From positions 6,076,001 through 6,140,000 of the forward strand of contig CM022675.1 in NCBI GenBank assembly GCA_012295275.1: a stretch of DNA of 64,000 nt, given 5' to 3'. A model generated the notes under the pieces. That model was given only the letters and a program-made list of their open reading frames with translations. It made no database searches and had not been told where the DNA came from. Of the stretch, positions 1-13,101 are shown piece by piece (position 1 is the first letter of the stretch; each line of letters starts with the position of its first letter). The stretch is from Chrysomallon squamiferum (taxonomy: Eukaryota > Animalia > Mollusca). Position numbers and translations under genes: made by a program.

Positions 1-14
1 ACAGTTCAGGCAAC

Positions 15-168
15 ATGGATGATGAAAAAGAGGAATCGGACAACACTACAACTTCATTTACTTCTGACTCAGATGATGAACAGAAGGATTCAGACAACAG
101 CATAGCTGCAACTACTTCTGACTTGGATACTGCACAGCCACAAGTGTCAAGTATAACATCTTCTGAAG
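15..168 (+). pseudogene. Copy 1 exon A: acidic DDEKE..SD repeat exon (2 units), splice donor mutated
   Basis: ATG at 15, open frame MDDEKEESDNTTTSFTSDSDDEQKDSD...QPQVSSITSSE. Ends GAAG|ataatt where paralogs have G|gtaatt. Confidence 0.8.
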
Positions 169-743
169 ATAATTAATAAGACAGTACTTCTCTACAATGT
201 AGTTTACCAGTTTGATGGGCAGTTCTAAAAGGACAAGATTATTATTCAAATACGTAACAATGCATATTTTCAATCTATTGCTTAGTGTGAAATTTATTTT
301 TTATTTCTGTTGATTTTACTTTCACTTTATAGTGTATACTGACAATTTTAAAGTGATGACACTATTGGAGGAAATAAAAAATTAAGTTTGGTTTGTACAC
401 ACACAGTTCTCTGACTGATATGATAATAGATTAACAATTTATGGAGTTTTATGTCCTGTTTGTTGGACACATGAAAACTGTAAAGCAAAACACAGACTAA
501 TTACCGTTTGATAACAATCATAACAACTATAATTATTCTTGGATTTACTATGTTTATTTTAATACTGTAAAGTTGCACTTATTTCTTAGCATCTACACAA
601 TTAATCAGTTAACAAACAATATTAAACTTGTTTTTTTAATATAGTTATATTTAATAATAACCGATTTTATTAATACTGTATGTTGCCATTGTTCTATATA
701 TAGCTAAAAAAACATTTTTGGAAATTCATTTACCATTTTACAG

Positions 744-851
744 TTCCCACAAGAAAACAGTTAGTGACAAAACCAAATATCAGCACAGTTCAGAATCAGC
801 AGGTCTCATCTCATAAGAAGAATGTTGTGTTAGGAAAGAGAGTTAAAACTA
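744..851 (+). CDS. Copy 1 exon B1: basic variant of the RHIM-like exon
   Basis: ttttacag| ... ACTA|gtaagt, 108 bp, phase 1-1; encodes ..KPNISTVQNQQVSSHKKNVVLGKRVKT. Confidence 0.75.
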
Positions 852-1002
852 GTAAGTTAAAAACTAAAAGTTGTCTTTTCTATCAGACTCTGCGATCTGA
901 ACACATACCCAAGCACGCACACACACACACTCACACAAACACTCACACACACACGCACACACTCATTCATACACATTTCTCATTAACAGGTTATTAAATC
1001 AG

Positions 1003-1150
1003 CAAATATGGATGATGAAGAAAACGATTCAGATATCAATTCTAACACTACACTTCTTTTTTTTCTGACAACATCACAGTTATATCTACGTCAAACTCAG
1101 ATACTGCACACCATTTACAGACACAACTGTCAAGTATCACATCCTGTGAA
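1003..1150 (+). pseudogene. Copy 1 exon A2: decayed internal duplicate of the acidic exon
   Basis: Homologous to 12508-12657 but frameshifted in a T-run; donor is GAAG|ttaatt; the upstream intron is shortened. Confidence 0.65.
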
Positions 1151-1721
1151 GTTAATTAATAACACAGTAGTTCTCTACAATGTAGTCTACTATTTTGAAG
1201 AGGAGATCTAAACAGAAACAATTATTATTTATACCTGTAACAGTGCAGGTTTTCTTTCAATATGTCGTTCAGTGTCAGAGAATTCCACTCTGATAATGGA
1301 CCGAGTTATTAATTATTTCTGTTGATCTTACTTTCATTTTAAAATGTCTTCTGATAATTTTAAAGTGATAACACACTTATTTGATTCATACTGCGAATTA
1401 ATTAATAATTTATTGTTTTATGTCCCGTTTCTTTTAAACATGAAAACAGTAAAACAAAGCATATACTAATTACTGTTTTATTAACATAATAACCACTGTA
1501 ATTATTCTTGGATTTACTTTGTTTATTATATTAATCTAAAGTAATACTTATTTCTTAGACGGTAAGAACATTAAACATTTTTTTGAAAGATATAGCTATG
1601 TTCAGTAATAAAAGATTTTAATAATACTGTTTCCTGCCACTATTCTATATACAGATAAAATCATTTTTAAAAATTATGTTGCAAATAGTGGATTTAAATC
1701 ATTTTATTTACCGTTTTACAG

Positions 1722-1838
1722 ATCCTGCAGGAACACGATCAGCGGTAGAACAAAATCTTAATCTCAGTACAGTTCAGAATTACCACAACCTATCTCATAA
1801 CAGGAATGTTGTGTTAGGAAATCAAATTGTGAACACTA
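1722..1838 (+). CDS. Copy 1 exon B2: RHIM/cRHIM-like motif exon
   Basis: ttttacag| ... ACTA|gtaagt, 117 bp, phase 1-1; encodes EQNLNLSTVQNYHNLSHNRNVVLGNQIVNT. Confidence 0.8.
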
Positions 1839-2108
1839 GTAAGTTAAAAACTGAAAGTTTTCTCTTCTTTGTACGTTTGATAGATAATAGAACTACAAAG
1901 CCCAGTAATCATTAGTACTGTATTGTCAGACACAGTGACATGAACAACACACAGACACAAACTGATGTATTCATGTTCTTCGAAAACCAAGTAGCTTTTA
2001 TATAAATTTTAAATTGTGTCCAGGAGAGAAAGATATAAACACATAATTACACATACATATATAGTAAAGCACACGCATATGTGTGCATACACACACCGAC
2101 ACACACTC

Positions 2109-4799
2109 GATTTTATGTTGTCATGGCAACTGAAATTTTCAAAGATGTGGAGTCTTGTTCAGGATGGTTCTGTGAAATGTATTATTACCTTACGAAATGA
2201 AATATTTGTAAAAAGTGAAACCAGTTTGAAGAAATTTGATCTGTTTAAAGAGAATCATCTCCTTGACCTCCAGAATGATGTATGTTGTTTGAACTATGAT
2301 GAAAAGAAAACAATTCTAAACAAATATCTCAAACAAAAAGATGTTACAATGGAAGGAAACGACAAAGACACTGTCATTTGTAGATCATGTACAAAATTAG
2401 GATTTCCCCAGGTGTGTGTGTTTTATGTTAATTCAAATGATGCACAAAAAAGAGGAGTTGAGTTTTTCAAGAAACCTGTAGAGTATCTCAGACAACAGCT
2501 GGAAAATATGAATAGTGACGAATCCTTACAGATCAATTATCTGGTTCTACTGCTGCTTATGTTTAAAAATGGCAGTCTGAGTATTGATTTGTTGAACCCA
2601 TTTGAAAATGACACTGACAGTGAAATAATGAAATTAGTAAAACAGCTAGAGCGTGTCTGTTCAAGTCTAAAAACCACAGATCTTGCAGATATAAAGAAAA
2701 CAGCTGATGCAATGTGTGGTACGTATCTGAAATGTTATGAGAATAAATACACATTCATTCACCAGTCAGTGTTTGACTGTTTGTTTCTGATGTTTTCATC
2801 AGAGTTTCCAAAGAAAGCAGCTGAGTTGCTAGAAGTGTGTCCTGTCTGCATGTTGCTAGAATATGTTGTGACGCCTGGTCTGTCTAACAAAAGTCACATT
2901 ACAATGACTGTCAGACCTGACTGCTTTGATTTTCTTGCTCGCAGATGTATTGACTTGATGACATCAAGCAGAGCCAGAGAAATTATTTCACATCCATCAC
3001 TGAAAGATGAAGAGTTTGTGAAGTATATCATAGTGGAAAAAACCTTTTATGGTAAATTGTCTGAAATACTGAATCAGAAACTGTATGGAATAGCACATGT
3101 TTATCCATGTGAGATAGATAAAAATTTCCTTTTTGTATTTGAGAAAATTGTACATTTCCATGACAGTCGTCCAGAGCCTCTGTATTTGAGAGATAAAGAA
3201 AAAGTGATAAGTTCATCATCTGTTGCAAGTGAGTGTGTTGTGAATGGATTAAGAACATTGTCAAGGTGTTTCATATCTCATCTGTATAAAATGGGATTCA
3301 CAGATGAGAAAGAAGAACTTTTGAATATTTCTTGTTTGTATGGTGATGAAGATGTTGTGAACATTTTTCTACGAGAAGGTGTTATTCCAACATTTGATAC
3401 TGTCATTGTAGCTGCTTGTTGCAAAATAGACAATGTTACCATAATTAAAAAACTTTTACAGTGTAAAAAAGTGAATTTGCATCAGTATTCTCAGTTGTTA
3501 CAACTTTCAATTTATTTAGGTAACATCAACATTTCCCATTTGTTGGCCGACATAATAAATAATGAGAAAGAGAACAGTAAAATCAAGGAAGAAGCAGTAA
3601 AACTGTTACTGGTTAGCTTCCATCCTCAAGTAAGATGTAGGTACTGGCTTTCTTTATGTCACATACATGAACCTTCTGTAATATTATTCATATACCTGTT
3701 AATTTACATACGTGTTGATATCAGCCATCTTTTTAAGAAACTGGTTACCACTGAAATAATAAACAAAATTGAAAACATTGCTATCATTGCTGCTGCTCAG
3801 ATGAATTCAGGAGTTATTAATGAAATAGTAAAACTGAAACCTGATTGTTTAAATGATGAGAACAGAGATAAAGTTCTACTAGCAGCAGCAGCATGGGGTT
3901 CTGTTGACACAGTGAATTTTCTCATTGACCAGAGACGTAGTGATACACATGAGAACAACTGGAAGAGAAGTCAAGTACTAAAAGTAGCAGTGATGTTTAA
4001 CAGTGCAGATGTTGTTGAGTGTTTACTTGATAAAGGAGCTGATCCTAATGCTCGAGTAGCTGTTAACAGAACACTAATTCACTGGTTTTACGTTGCACGT
4101 GATCAATGTATTTATAATATCGGCCAGTCTTTAGTAGATAAAACTGAACTACAACTATTGCCTTCTGACTCAGCTCTCCACATTTCAGTTCTACGTTCTC
4201 AGTTAGAAATTTTGAAATTATTAGTAGAAAGAAATGCTGATGTCAATGCAGTGAACTGTGAGGGGAAAACTCCACTTCATGAAGCTGCAATTGTAAACCA
4301 TCGTAGAAAAGAAATAGTTTTGTATTTATTGGAACATGGAGCTGATCCTAATTTAACAGACAAATGTAACAATTCTGTTTTACATCTAGCAGCTAAACAT
4401 GGAAATATAGAAATGGTAACAGCACTGAATCCAAAAGCTGTTCATATAAATATTAAGAACAGTAGAGGTAAAACTCCTCTTCTTACAGCTGTCAGGTACG
4501 AACAGAGCAAAGTAGTTTTGTATTTACTGGAACATGGAGCTGATCCTAATTTAAAATACAAATATAACAATTCTGTTTTACATCTAGCAGCTAAACGTGG
4601 AAACATAAAGATTGTGAAAGCACTTGTTAAGAAGGGTGCTCATGTAAATGTTATTAATGATAATGGTAAAACTCCTTTCAGTATAGCTTATGATGGATTT
4701 TGTAGTAAAACTGTTTCCTTTCTATTGAAATATGGTGCTAAATTTAATATAACTGGTTTCCAGTGGATTTTATTACAAAGAAAGCTATTTACTACATGA
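2109..4799 (+). pseudogene. Copy 1 main exon: STAND-ankyrin gene lacking Walker A/B (about 7 ankyrin repeats)
   Basis: Homology to copies 2-4 starts abruptly at 2109 (DFMLSWQ), fused to intronic (CA)n. Retains CIITLR, LGFP and FIHQSV motifs and ankyrins (KTPLHEAA, NSVLHLAA). Frame open to TGA 4799. Confidence 0.85.
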
Positions 4800-5414
4800 T
4801 GGATAAAAACATAATTTGAGTGGTGACAGCAAAATGGGCATGATCCAAAATATGAAAAATGGTTTTAGATAGTACTGTAATGGAGATCGTCAGCTATAAA
4901 ATAAGGTCAAAACTACTAAGACATCTCCAAATTTGACATAAGTATTGTGTTGCAAATTTGGCTGTTTCCTTTTGGAGAAAGCAGACTTTAAGGAATCTGG
5001 GCCTTTTTTTATTTGTAATACTATTTCTGTTGGAATCCACATTTCGTTATAAAAATACAAGTAAAGCATGATGTGCATTGAATACATCAGAAATTATATA
5101 AATTTTTGTTCTGAACATTTTTCAGTGACATACAAAATTTGGTTTAAAAATATTTGAGATTTAGCCTGACCTGAAGTGTAAGAATTAAGATTTCTTTCAA
5201 AAAAAGAGAAAATATATAAAAAATTACTCTTATTTTTTATGATTTTTTACCTTTTTTGAAAACCATTTAATCATAAAGCAAAAAAAAGAAATAATCAGTT
5301 GTTATATAATTCTAAAAAATATATTTCACAGAGAATTGTTTTCGACATAATTATATATATATATATGTAATGATTTGAAATTGATTTTTTATTTCTTCTT
5401 CTTCTTCTTCTTCT

Positions 5415-5434
5415 TATTCTTATTATTATTATAA

Positions 5435-5492
<58 letters not shown>
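5415..5492. repeat. (TAT)n microsatellite, representative of many (TAT/ATA)n, (CA)n and (CT)n tracts
   Basis: Seen directly; others at ~8800, 12118, 23312, 27396, 29323, 39666, 45145, 58272, 59303, 59697, 61894, 63800. Confidence 0.95.
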
Positions 5493-5549
5493 GAAAATGA
5501 AAAAACCTGAGAAATGTCATTTTTTAATAATTAATAAAAAGGAAATACG

Positions 5550-8500
5550 GAAATAAAATTTTACGTCTGTAAGATAACAATGAAAATTCGATGATATCTT
5601 CAGCATTTTTTAATTCACATTCTTTCTGTTTGGTTGTAGTACAATATCAATCTGCTGGTTTTATATAGTCTCTATTAGTTTCTAGATGTCTTTATGCAAA
5701 CTGTGTTGTTGTTTGCTGTCCAGCTCTCGTGTCATAATTATTTCTGTTTTTCCTATGGTTGGATGTGTTATGTTATACGGGATCAGAATATTTCTTCTTG
5801 AAAATGTAGTCTGAATTTTCTTAGAGTTATACTCAAGATACAGGGAATTTCTTCTCTTTTTTTTTTTTACCACCTGTAGAATCTTCTTTGTTGATCAGAA
5901 GGGAACTTCCCAGAAGATTGAACACATTTTCAGAATCTAGTTAGGAGCAATTTCGTCATCATCATTGCTCTTGTCAGCCCATTATGATTATCTGAATCAT
6001 CATGAATTGAAACTGTAAATCAATACTTTCATCAGAATCGGAGGACAAACTATTCACTTTGGCTTTGTCCCATGTGTGTAATAAAACAAGTTGTTGTAAA
6101 TCAGTACTTAAAGCAGCAGCATATTGGGGATATGACAAATGGAAGATGTACTTTTCTTTGTTTGTTTCAGTTAATTAATAATGGTTGTTTGTAGGAGAGG
6201 GTTCCAAAGCAAATTTATTTTAGCTCACTTTGCCTCCTTTTCAAGAGACATTTCTTCAGAATAATACTAATAAACAAAACTATCAATTATAAATAATTTA
6301 GTCAATGAAAGTGAACTTACTCATTGATCCTTTTATTTAAGCATGTGTTTTATGAAACTGGATGGCCTCTTTAGAATACCCAATGCTTAGCAAATAGTCT
6401 TATACACACAGCATGACCTATAAGTTGCTAACAAGACGTTTTGTTTATCTTTTTAAATCATTTACATTCGCTATTAATATCATCGTAACTTCTAAAAAAT
6501 CACAAAGAAGAAATTTCCAATTTATTTGTTTGGTTCAAGTGATTAATAATGATTGTTAGTAGAAAAGGATTAGTAACTGCAGGTTTTAGACAATTCATAT
6601 TATAGATAAATTAACAAGATTCAAAATAGGACAAAACAGAAATGACATTTCTATTGTATTTTATGAGAACTGAATACGAGTGGCAACTGTCTCAGTTTGC
6701 TATCTCAGGTCACATTCGACTGAATTCTCATTTTGAGACAGATTTAACCTAATTAAAATTAACATCACGAACAAAATAGTCAAACATTTTTGTTTGAAAC
6801 GTGTGGACAATAATGAATATAGTTGTTGTGAACGAAACTAATTTATGTTTGTAATTTCTAACTTAAGAAGTTTACTTAATTTACTACTGATTCTGAGCCA
6901 CACTGACTTCTAAAATAGTTTTAATTTGAACTGTTTCATTTGACTTTATTTTTTATGTAATGTTGTTTTATTATAGTCATGTCTTATAAATATGTACATT
7001 CTTAACTGCTTTTTGTGGAGTTTTCTGCTTCATTATCAACAAAAAAGTTTAATAATTAAGAAACTAATCAGCTCAAATGTCACTATCTAATTGTTTATTA
7101 TTTTTCATCTTGAATTTTTATTTTGCTCAGTGTATTTGCTACAGGTATTGAAGACAGGTATTTTTCGAAAAAACCCCAACAAAAACAAAAAACAAAAAAC
7201 AACAAAATAATAATAATAAAATGTTCTTGATAATCATAAAGCTATTTTTTCTTTTTATTATTATTTTTATTATTACTGTTTTAAAGAACATTTGCAATTA
7301 CCTTTTATTAATTAGTTTGATTGTTTGTATGTGTAAAACATATTTATCTTTGCTTTTTGTTATTACTATTAGTAGTAGTACTTTGTTGTTTTGTTATGTA
7401 TCTGATCCGGAAATGTTTCCAGTACATTTTCGTTGAATATTTTCTTTTATTTATTTTTTATAATTTTTATAATTAAACTGAATCTTTCCATTAATACTTA
7501 TGTACCTTACTGATTTTGATACAGATATGTTGTTCAGTTAATTCAACAGTCAAATGAATGATTTGTATGTTCAAGAATTGTTGATAATTATTATTGTTAT
7601 TATATTGATTAAAAAACAAAAATAGTAATTCTTTATTTAATATACATTCATAACCTCTGTTTTTTCTAATATTAATTTAGAAAGCATTTACTTATTATGT
7701 ACACAACTACTAATTAATAAGATTGACACTTCTATGAAAGTTATATTAAGTAAAAACTGTACAAATTATGTAAGTTTCATTATTAATTATAATTTGTCCG
7801 CAATTTTATTGTGGGTAAGTGTTAAATAACTTGTAAATGTGCTAAAATCATTGAAAATAAATTACATATTTTAATCTCAGTATTTTTGTTTTGTCATGCA
7901 AGCATATTTTTGTATGATACTCTGTATCTTACACATCATAAACAAAACAGAATAAAACGTTTAATCTTTCTAAAATTTCGTAATCCAGCCCGTGCTCCTT
8001 ACTTTACATGGAACAAACCATATTGGAAATTCTTGCAAAATATATCTTACAGTTGGAATGAAATAGAGAATTACTGCGCGTCTTCTCTTGAATTTTAACA
8101 TTACATATTTAGATTTGGCACATAAATATTACGTTTTCTCAAGAACCTACCGTTTGTTAAGTATGCATTTGTTCATTGTCATCAAATATATTATTCCAGA
8201 TGAAAGGTGACTATAATATCAGATTTAACTGATTTTTTAATGTCACTGTCTGAATCCAGGTGGACTGTTAAACTGCTGCTTTCATTGGGATCTATCGTTC
8301 TGAAGCAGGAATCAGTTTTCTTGCGTCAAAGTGAATATTCTGACCAGTTACTGAAACTTGTATCTTTTGCAGCTTGTGGTGTCCATAATTTAGCTGCAGC
8401 TCAAAAACCCATGTATAAACCTGTTGTAAGTGAGATACAAGACATCAACCATTTCACCGATATTAACAAACAAGCAAAAAATCTAAATCAAAACGATAAA

Positions 8501-8730
8501 CATATGTTGAATCCTTTATAATTATTGCTTCAGTTGTTTGGGTAGATTTTTAACTAGACTAAGTTGTAAATAAATAAATAAATAAATATTATTGTTAGAA
8601 TAGTAACCCTTGAGAGACTGTGTAAATGAAGAGACTGATGAAGTTAATGGCGAACTCAATAAAATTTGTCATCAAATTAACAATTAACAAAATGGAGGGA
8701 GAAATGATTGCTGGTTCATTCTGCCTTTTT
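5550..8730 (-). pseudogene. Decayed exons of an unidentified antisense gene carried in each duplicated unit
   Basis: Acceptor (acaacag|) near 8421 then GLYMGF*AAAKLWTPQAAKDTSFSNWSEYSL*RKKTDS..; acidic piece ..WDKAKVNSLSSDSDES.. near 6030-6130. Homologous pieces at ~23560-24290, 37680-38670, 46560-47250, 56850-57230. Confidence 0.45.
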
Positions 8731-8799
8731 TTCAAGATTCCACTGGTTACCAAATACAAAAGTTGAATTGACAAAAAATTCAAATAATAATAAAAATGA

Positions 8800-8868
<69 letters not shown>

Positions 8869-8928
8869 AAAATAAACTAAAAAGTAAAATAATAAAAGTA
8901 ATCATGATAATAATAATAATTATAATTA

Positions 8929-9215
8929 GATTCAGACTCAAATCTGAAGGCAACAAGCATTTCCGCGACGACACCGCCGACAACAACGGTGCCAAGCGGC
9001 GTGGAGAAACCATCGGATAAACTGGCGAATGGGGAGACTGGAAGTCGTGGAACTACTGTCCTGTTGGCCACGGCATTTGTGGCATCAGGACGAAGGTGGA
9101 AGGTCAAAAGGCACTGGGTTTGATCACCGACAACGTTGTCTTGTCCGATATAGAAGCTTACTGTTGTCCAATGGCGTGCACGTCGGGTGACTGTGGCCTC
9201 AAAGCTAGTGATTAA
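8929..9215 (+). pseudogene. VMO1: Vitelline membrane outer layer protein 1 (VMO-I beta-prism) 3' remnant
   Basis: FRLKSEG..DDTA..GEWGDWKSWNYCPVGHGICGIRTKVEGQ..D...SDIEAYCC matches the VMO-I repeat pattern (WGxW, CGIRTKVE, DDTA, terminal CC). In-frame stop; 5' part missing. Confidence 0.8.
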
Positions 9216-9694
9216 ACTTTCAGTTTCTTCCTGTTGTACGTTTCTTCAAAAAAATAAGTGATCTCTAATACGTTTTAGTCATTCAGTATTTTAACGAGAC
9301 GAACCAGTTATATTTCAGAATTTCTACGTTTGTGATTTTTTTTTCCTTAAGAAATCTAATTCTTGTACAAAAAAGCTTTTCTAATGTTCAAATTCTTGCA
9401 GGACAAAGCCAGTGGTATTATGTTTCCTCTAAAGATATCAGATTTACAAATTCAAAAGCGATACATGTTCTTTAAATATACAATTTTGTCGAAATATGAA
9501 ATTTATTATTTTTCAGCCATAAATTATAATATTTTATTTGTTTACACTATAAATCGTTTTCACTTCAGCTGATTAATTTTCTCACATAATTGTAATAGCT
9601 TGATGGAACAGACTTATTATTTCACACACACACACAAAACCCAAACGACTACCGTTGTCCGACTATTAATCTGTCTAAATTCTGTCAAGATAAT

Positions 9695-9851
9695 AACCGG
9701 GTACAAAGTGCACAAAATAATAATCTCGAGTGTTCACGTTATCTCGAATCACGTGATTAAAATGGCGGCTTGCTGTTAGGAGGCAGTCGCACCGCAAATT
9801 AAAGTGAAGAAACTAGAAAGAATTGGTTAGTTAATTGCTTCTGTTTTGGAG
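9695..9851 (+). promoter_or_regulatory. Putative promoter and non-coding exon 1 of copy 2
   Basis: CpG-containing patch, palindrome AATCACGTGATT (E-box), YY1-type AAAATGGCGGC at 9759-9769, donor GAG|gtaagg at 9852. Paralogs at ~19290, 20995, 42190, 43900. Confidence 0.65.
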
Positions 9852-10959
9852 GTAAGGGTCTACTTAATTTGTCTCTTTATATTCAGTTTCATTTTTTTAT
9901 AATATGACACTGCATTTTCATGTAATATTACTTCTAGGTCATGCGGATGTGGTTTATCAGTTTCACTCTCAAACAGGGTCACCGTGACACTGAGTCGAGT
10001 AACAGTCGAGTCTGTGGTTTAAAAAACAGTGTTTTATGTTATTACAAAAAGGTTTAACATTAGTAATAGCAGTCTGGGACTATAAGCAATCTAATAGGAA
10101 ACAATGTATTAAAAAATAAGTTACCAGTGTCTTAGAAACATCAGGTATTTGTATTTTGATACATAATGCAATAAGTGGAAACGTATCACCATGTGAGTGA
10201 TATATGACACAATTTTCATTGTCAAAATGATATTTGACTTGCCATGGATGATCGGCTAAACATAAGATACACACCTTGTGTGTGTGTGGGTTGTCAGATG
10301 AGGAAAGAGTGTCTTTATTATTATTTTGAAGAAAGACCTGTACTTGTGATTTTTCTCAACAATTGAAAGTATACCTTGATGTTTTGTGTCATGTATATTG
10401 TTTTCTAAACATATAAAACTATTAAATTATTAGTTGCCCCAAAATCTAAGTCACTTTCTCAAATGCTGAGTCATGTTTATCTTAAATCAGTTCAAAAGTC
10501 TTTGTATATATATCGAGATAAATCCCTCTTTTCAGAAAAGAGTTTCAGTTTACCTATAAGCATGGTAACAAACCAGAGTCTGCATTTGAAAATTCAAAGT
10601 AGACAGTCCTTTTATTTTTATTTCTTAAATTTACTCTGTCATGTGAAGCTAGTTTCCTTTTGGAATAATCTAGAATTCAGGGGTATTAAAGATATAAACA
10701 CACACACACACATATTTTAATCCCGGGGGTGTGAAAAAAGAAAATACACACACACACACGTAGAGGTGTGGTTATTTAACAGAATCCAAGATCACAATAT
10801 AAAAACTTGAACATATATTAACACTTTTTATTTCTTATTGTTATAATGTTTTTTTTTTTTATTTTTTTTATTTTTTTTTCAAAAAATTATATCTATAGAA
10901 GTGAATGTAATATTTACAGCTTTCAAGTATTAAAGCGGATATCTTACAGTGCAGCCAAT

Positions 10960-11383
10960 ATGGATGATGAAAAAGAGTATTCAGACAACACTATAGATGC
11001 ATATATTTCTGACTCAGATGATGAAAAAGAGGATTCAGACAGCACTATAGATGCATATATTTCTGAATTAGATGATGAAATAGAGGATTCAGACAGCACT
11101 ATAGATGCATATATTTCTGAATTAGATGATGAAATAGAGGATTCAGACAGCACTATAGATGCATATATTTCTGAATTAGATGATGAAATAGAGGATTCAG
11201 ACAGCACTATAGATGCATATATTTCTGAATTAGATGATGAAATAGAGGATTCTGACAACACTACAACTGCATCTACTTCTAATTCAGATGATGAAAAAGA
11301 GGATTCAAACAACACCATAGCTACAACTACTTCTAACTCGTATACTGCTCAGCCACAAGTGTCAAGCATCTCATTTTTTGAAG
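10960..11383 (+). CDS. Copy 2 exon A: start exon with seven 54-bp acidic repeats
   Basis: cttacag| acceptor at 10949, ATG 10960, units DDEIEDSDSTIDAYISEL, donor GAAG|gtaatt, phase 1. Confidence 0.85.
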
Positions 11384-11950
11384 GTAATTAATAACACAGT
11401 AGTTTTCTACAATTTAATTCTGTTGCTTTTACTTTCACTTTAAACTGTCTGCTGACAATTTTAAGGTTATATCACTACTGGAAAAATAAAGAATTAGTTT
11501 GGTTTGTACACACACAGTTCTCTGACTGATATTGACAAAAATTAACAATTTATAGAGTTTTATGTCGTATTTCGTTGACACATGAAAACTGTAAAACAAC
11601 ACATACACTAATTACTATTTGATTACAATCATCACCACTGTAATTATTATTCGATTTACTTCACTAATTGTAATACTGTAAAGTAATACTTATTTCTCTG
11701 CATCTACAAAAATAATCAGTTAATACATTTTTTTTAAATATTGTTATATTTAATAATAACAGATTTATTAATACTGTATTCTGCCATTGTTCCCTATATA
11801 AATAAAATCTATTTTCATAAATTCTGTTTGTAAATATTGAAATACTACACAAAGTATCATTATTATCTCTATTAAATATTGAAAAAAATACTTTTTTTAA
11901 ATTCAGTTTAAAAACTGTCGATTTTAGTAACTTCATTTACCATTTTACAG

Positions 11951-12064
11951 ATCACAAAAGAAAACAGTTAGTGACAAAACCAAATGTGAACATCAGCACA
12001 GTTCAGAATCAACAGGCCCCATCTCGCAAGAAGAAAGTTCTGTTAGGAAAGCGAGTTAAAACTT
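11951..12064 (+). CDS. Copy 2 exon B1: basic variant exon
   Basis: 114 bp, phase 1-1, canonical sites; ..NVNISTVQNQQAPSRKKKVLLGKRVKT. Confidence 0.8.
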
Positions 12065-12115
12065 GTAAGTTAAAAACTAAAAGTTTTCTTTTCTATCAGA
12101 CTCTGCAGTCTGAAC

Positions 12116-12155
<40 letters not shown>

Positions 12156-12507
12156 AACACACATTTCTACACTAACAGATTATTAAACCATTTAAAACAT
12201 TGAAATACTAGACAAAGTATCGTTATTATCTCCAGTAAATACTGAAATACCACACAGTGTCAATATGATCTCTAGAAAACATTGAAATACATCACAAAGT
12301 ATACATAAGAATAAATGGCAGTAGTTTAGATAATAGTAGCAGTAATTATAGTAAAATCAGTCATAAATGCTACAAGTTTGCTCTTTTATGACTCACTTAT
12401 TTTTGTTTTGTTATTGTGTTGCTTTTAATAATATTAGTAGAACCAAATGTAATATTGACAGTCTATAAGGCTAAGATTTGTATTAAAACTGATATTTTAC
12501 TGCTCAG

Positions 12508-12657
12508 CGAATACGGATGATGAAAAAGAGAATTCAGAAGTCAATTCTAAAACCAGAGGTGTTTCTTTCTCTGGCAACACCACAAATACATCTGCTCCTA
12601 ACTCAGATACTGTGCACCATTTACAGCCACAAGTGTCAAGTGTTACATCTTGTGAAG
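12508..12657 (+). CDS. Copy 2 exon A2: internal duplicate of the acidic exon
   Basis: ctcag| ... GAAG|gtaatt, 150 bp, open in phase 1-1; the former ATG is ACG (NTDDEKENSEV..QPQVSSVTSCE). Confidence 0.75.
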
Positions 12658-13101
12658 GTAATTAATAACACAGTACTTCTCTACAATGTAATTTACTAAT
12701 TTGATAGGAAGATCTAAACAGACAAAATAATCAAATGAAATAAAACATTTGTTTGGTTTGTACACAGACAGCTCTTCGATTTATATTGATAATAACAATT
12801 TAAAGAGTTTTAATTTCCTCTTTGTTTATAAATGAAAACGGTAGAACAAAACACACACTAATTACAATTTTATTACCACCATCACCACAGTAATTATTCT
12901 TGCATTTACTTCATTTACTATAATACTGTAAAGTAACACATAATCAGTTAATAACATTAGACACATTTTTTGAAATATAATTATATTCAGTAATAAAATA
13001 CTTTACTTTTACCGTGTGCTGCCATTGTTCTATATATATAAGAAATTTCGAAGTTCTACCAGTAGTTTTGTATTTAAATAATTTCATTTTCTGTTTCTCA
13101 G

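Noticed and set aside
2016-2108. His/Thr-rich N-terminus of the 927-aa ORF
   Set aside because: Translated intronic (CA)/(TA) microsatellite upstream of a deletion junction.
3630-3710. Small intron starting GTAAG in copy 1
   Set aside because: No fitting AG acceptor and the frame is open through it; treated as an in-frame insertion.
9763-9779. ATGGCG in exon 1 as the coding start
   Set aside because: Stops after five codons in copy 2; better explained as the YY1 motif or a uORF.
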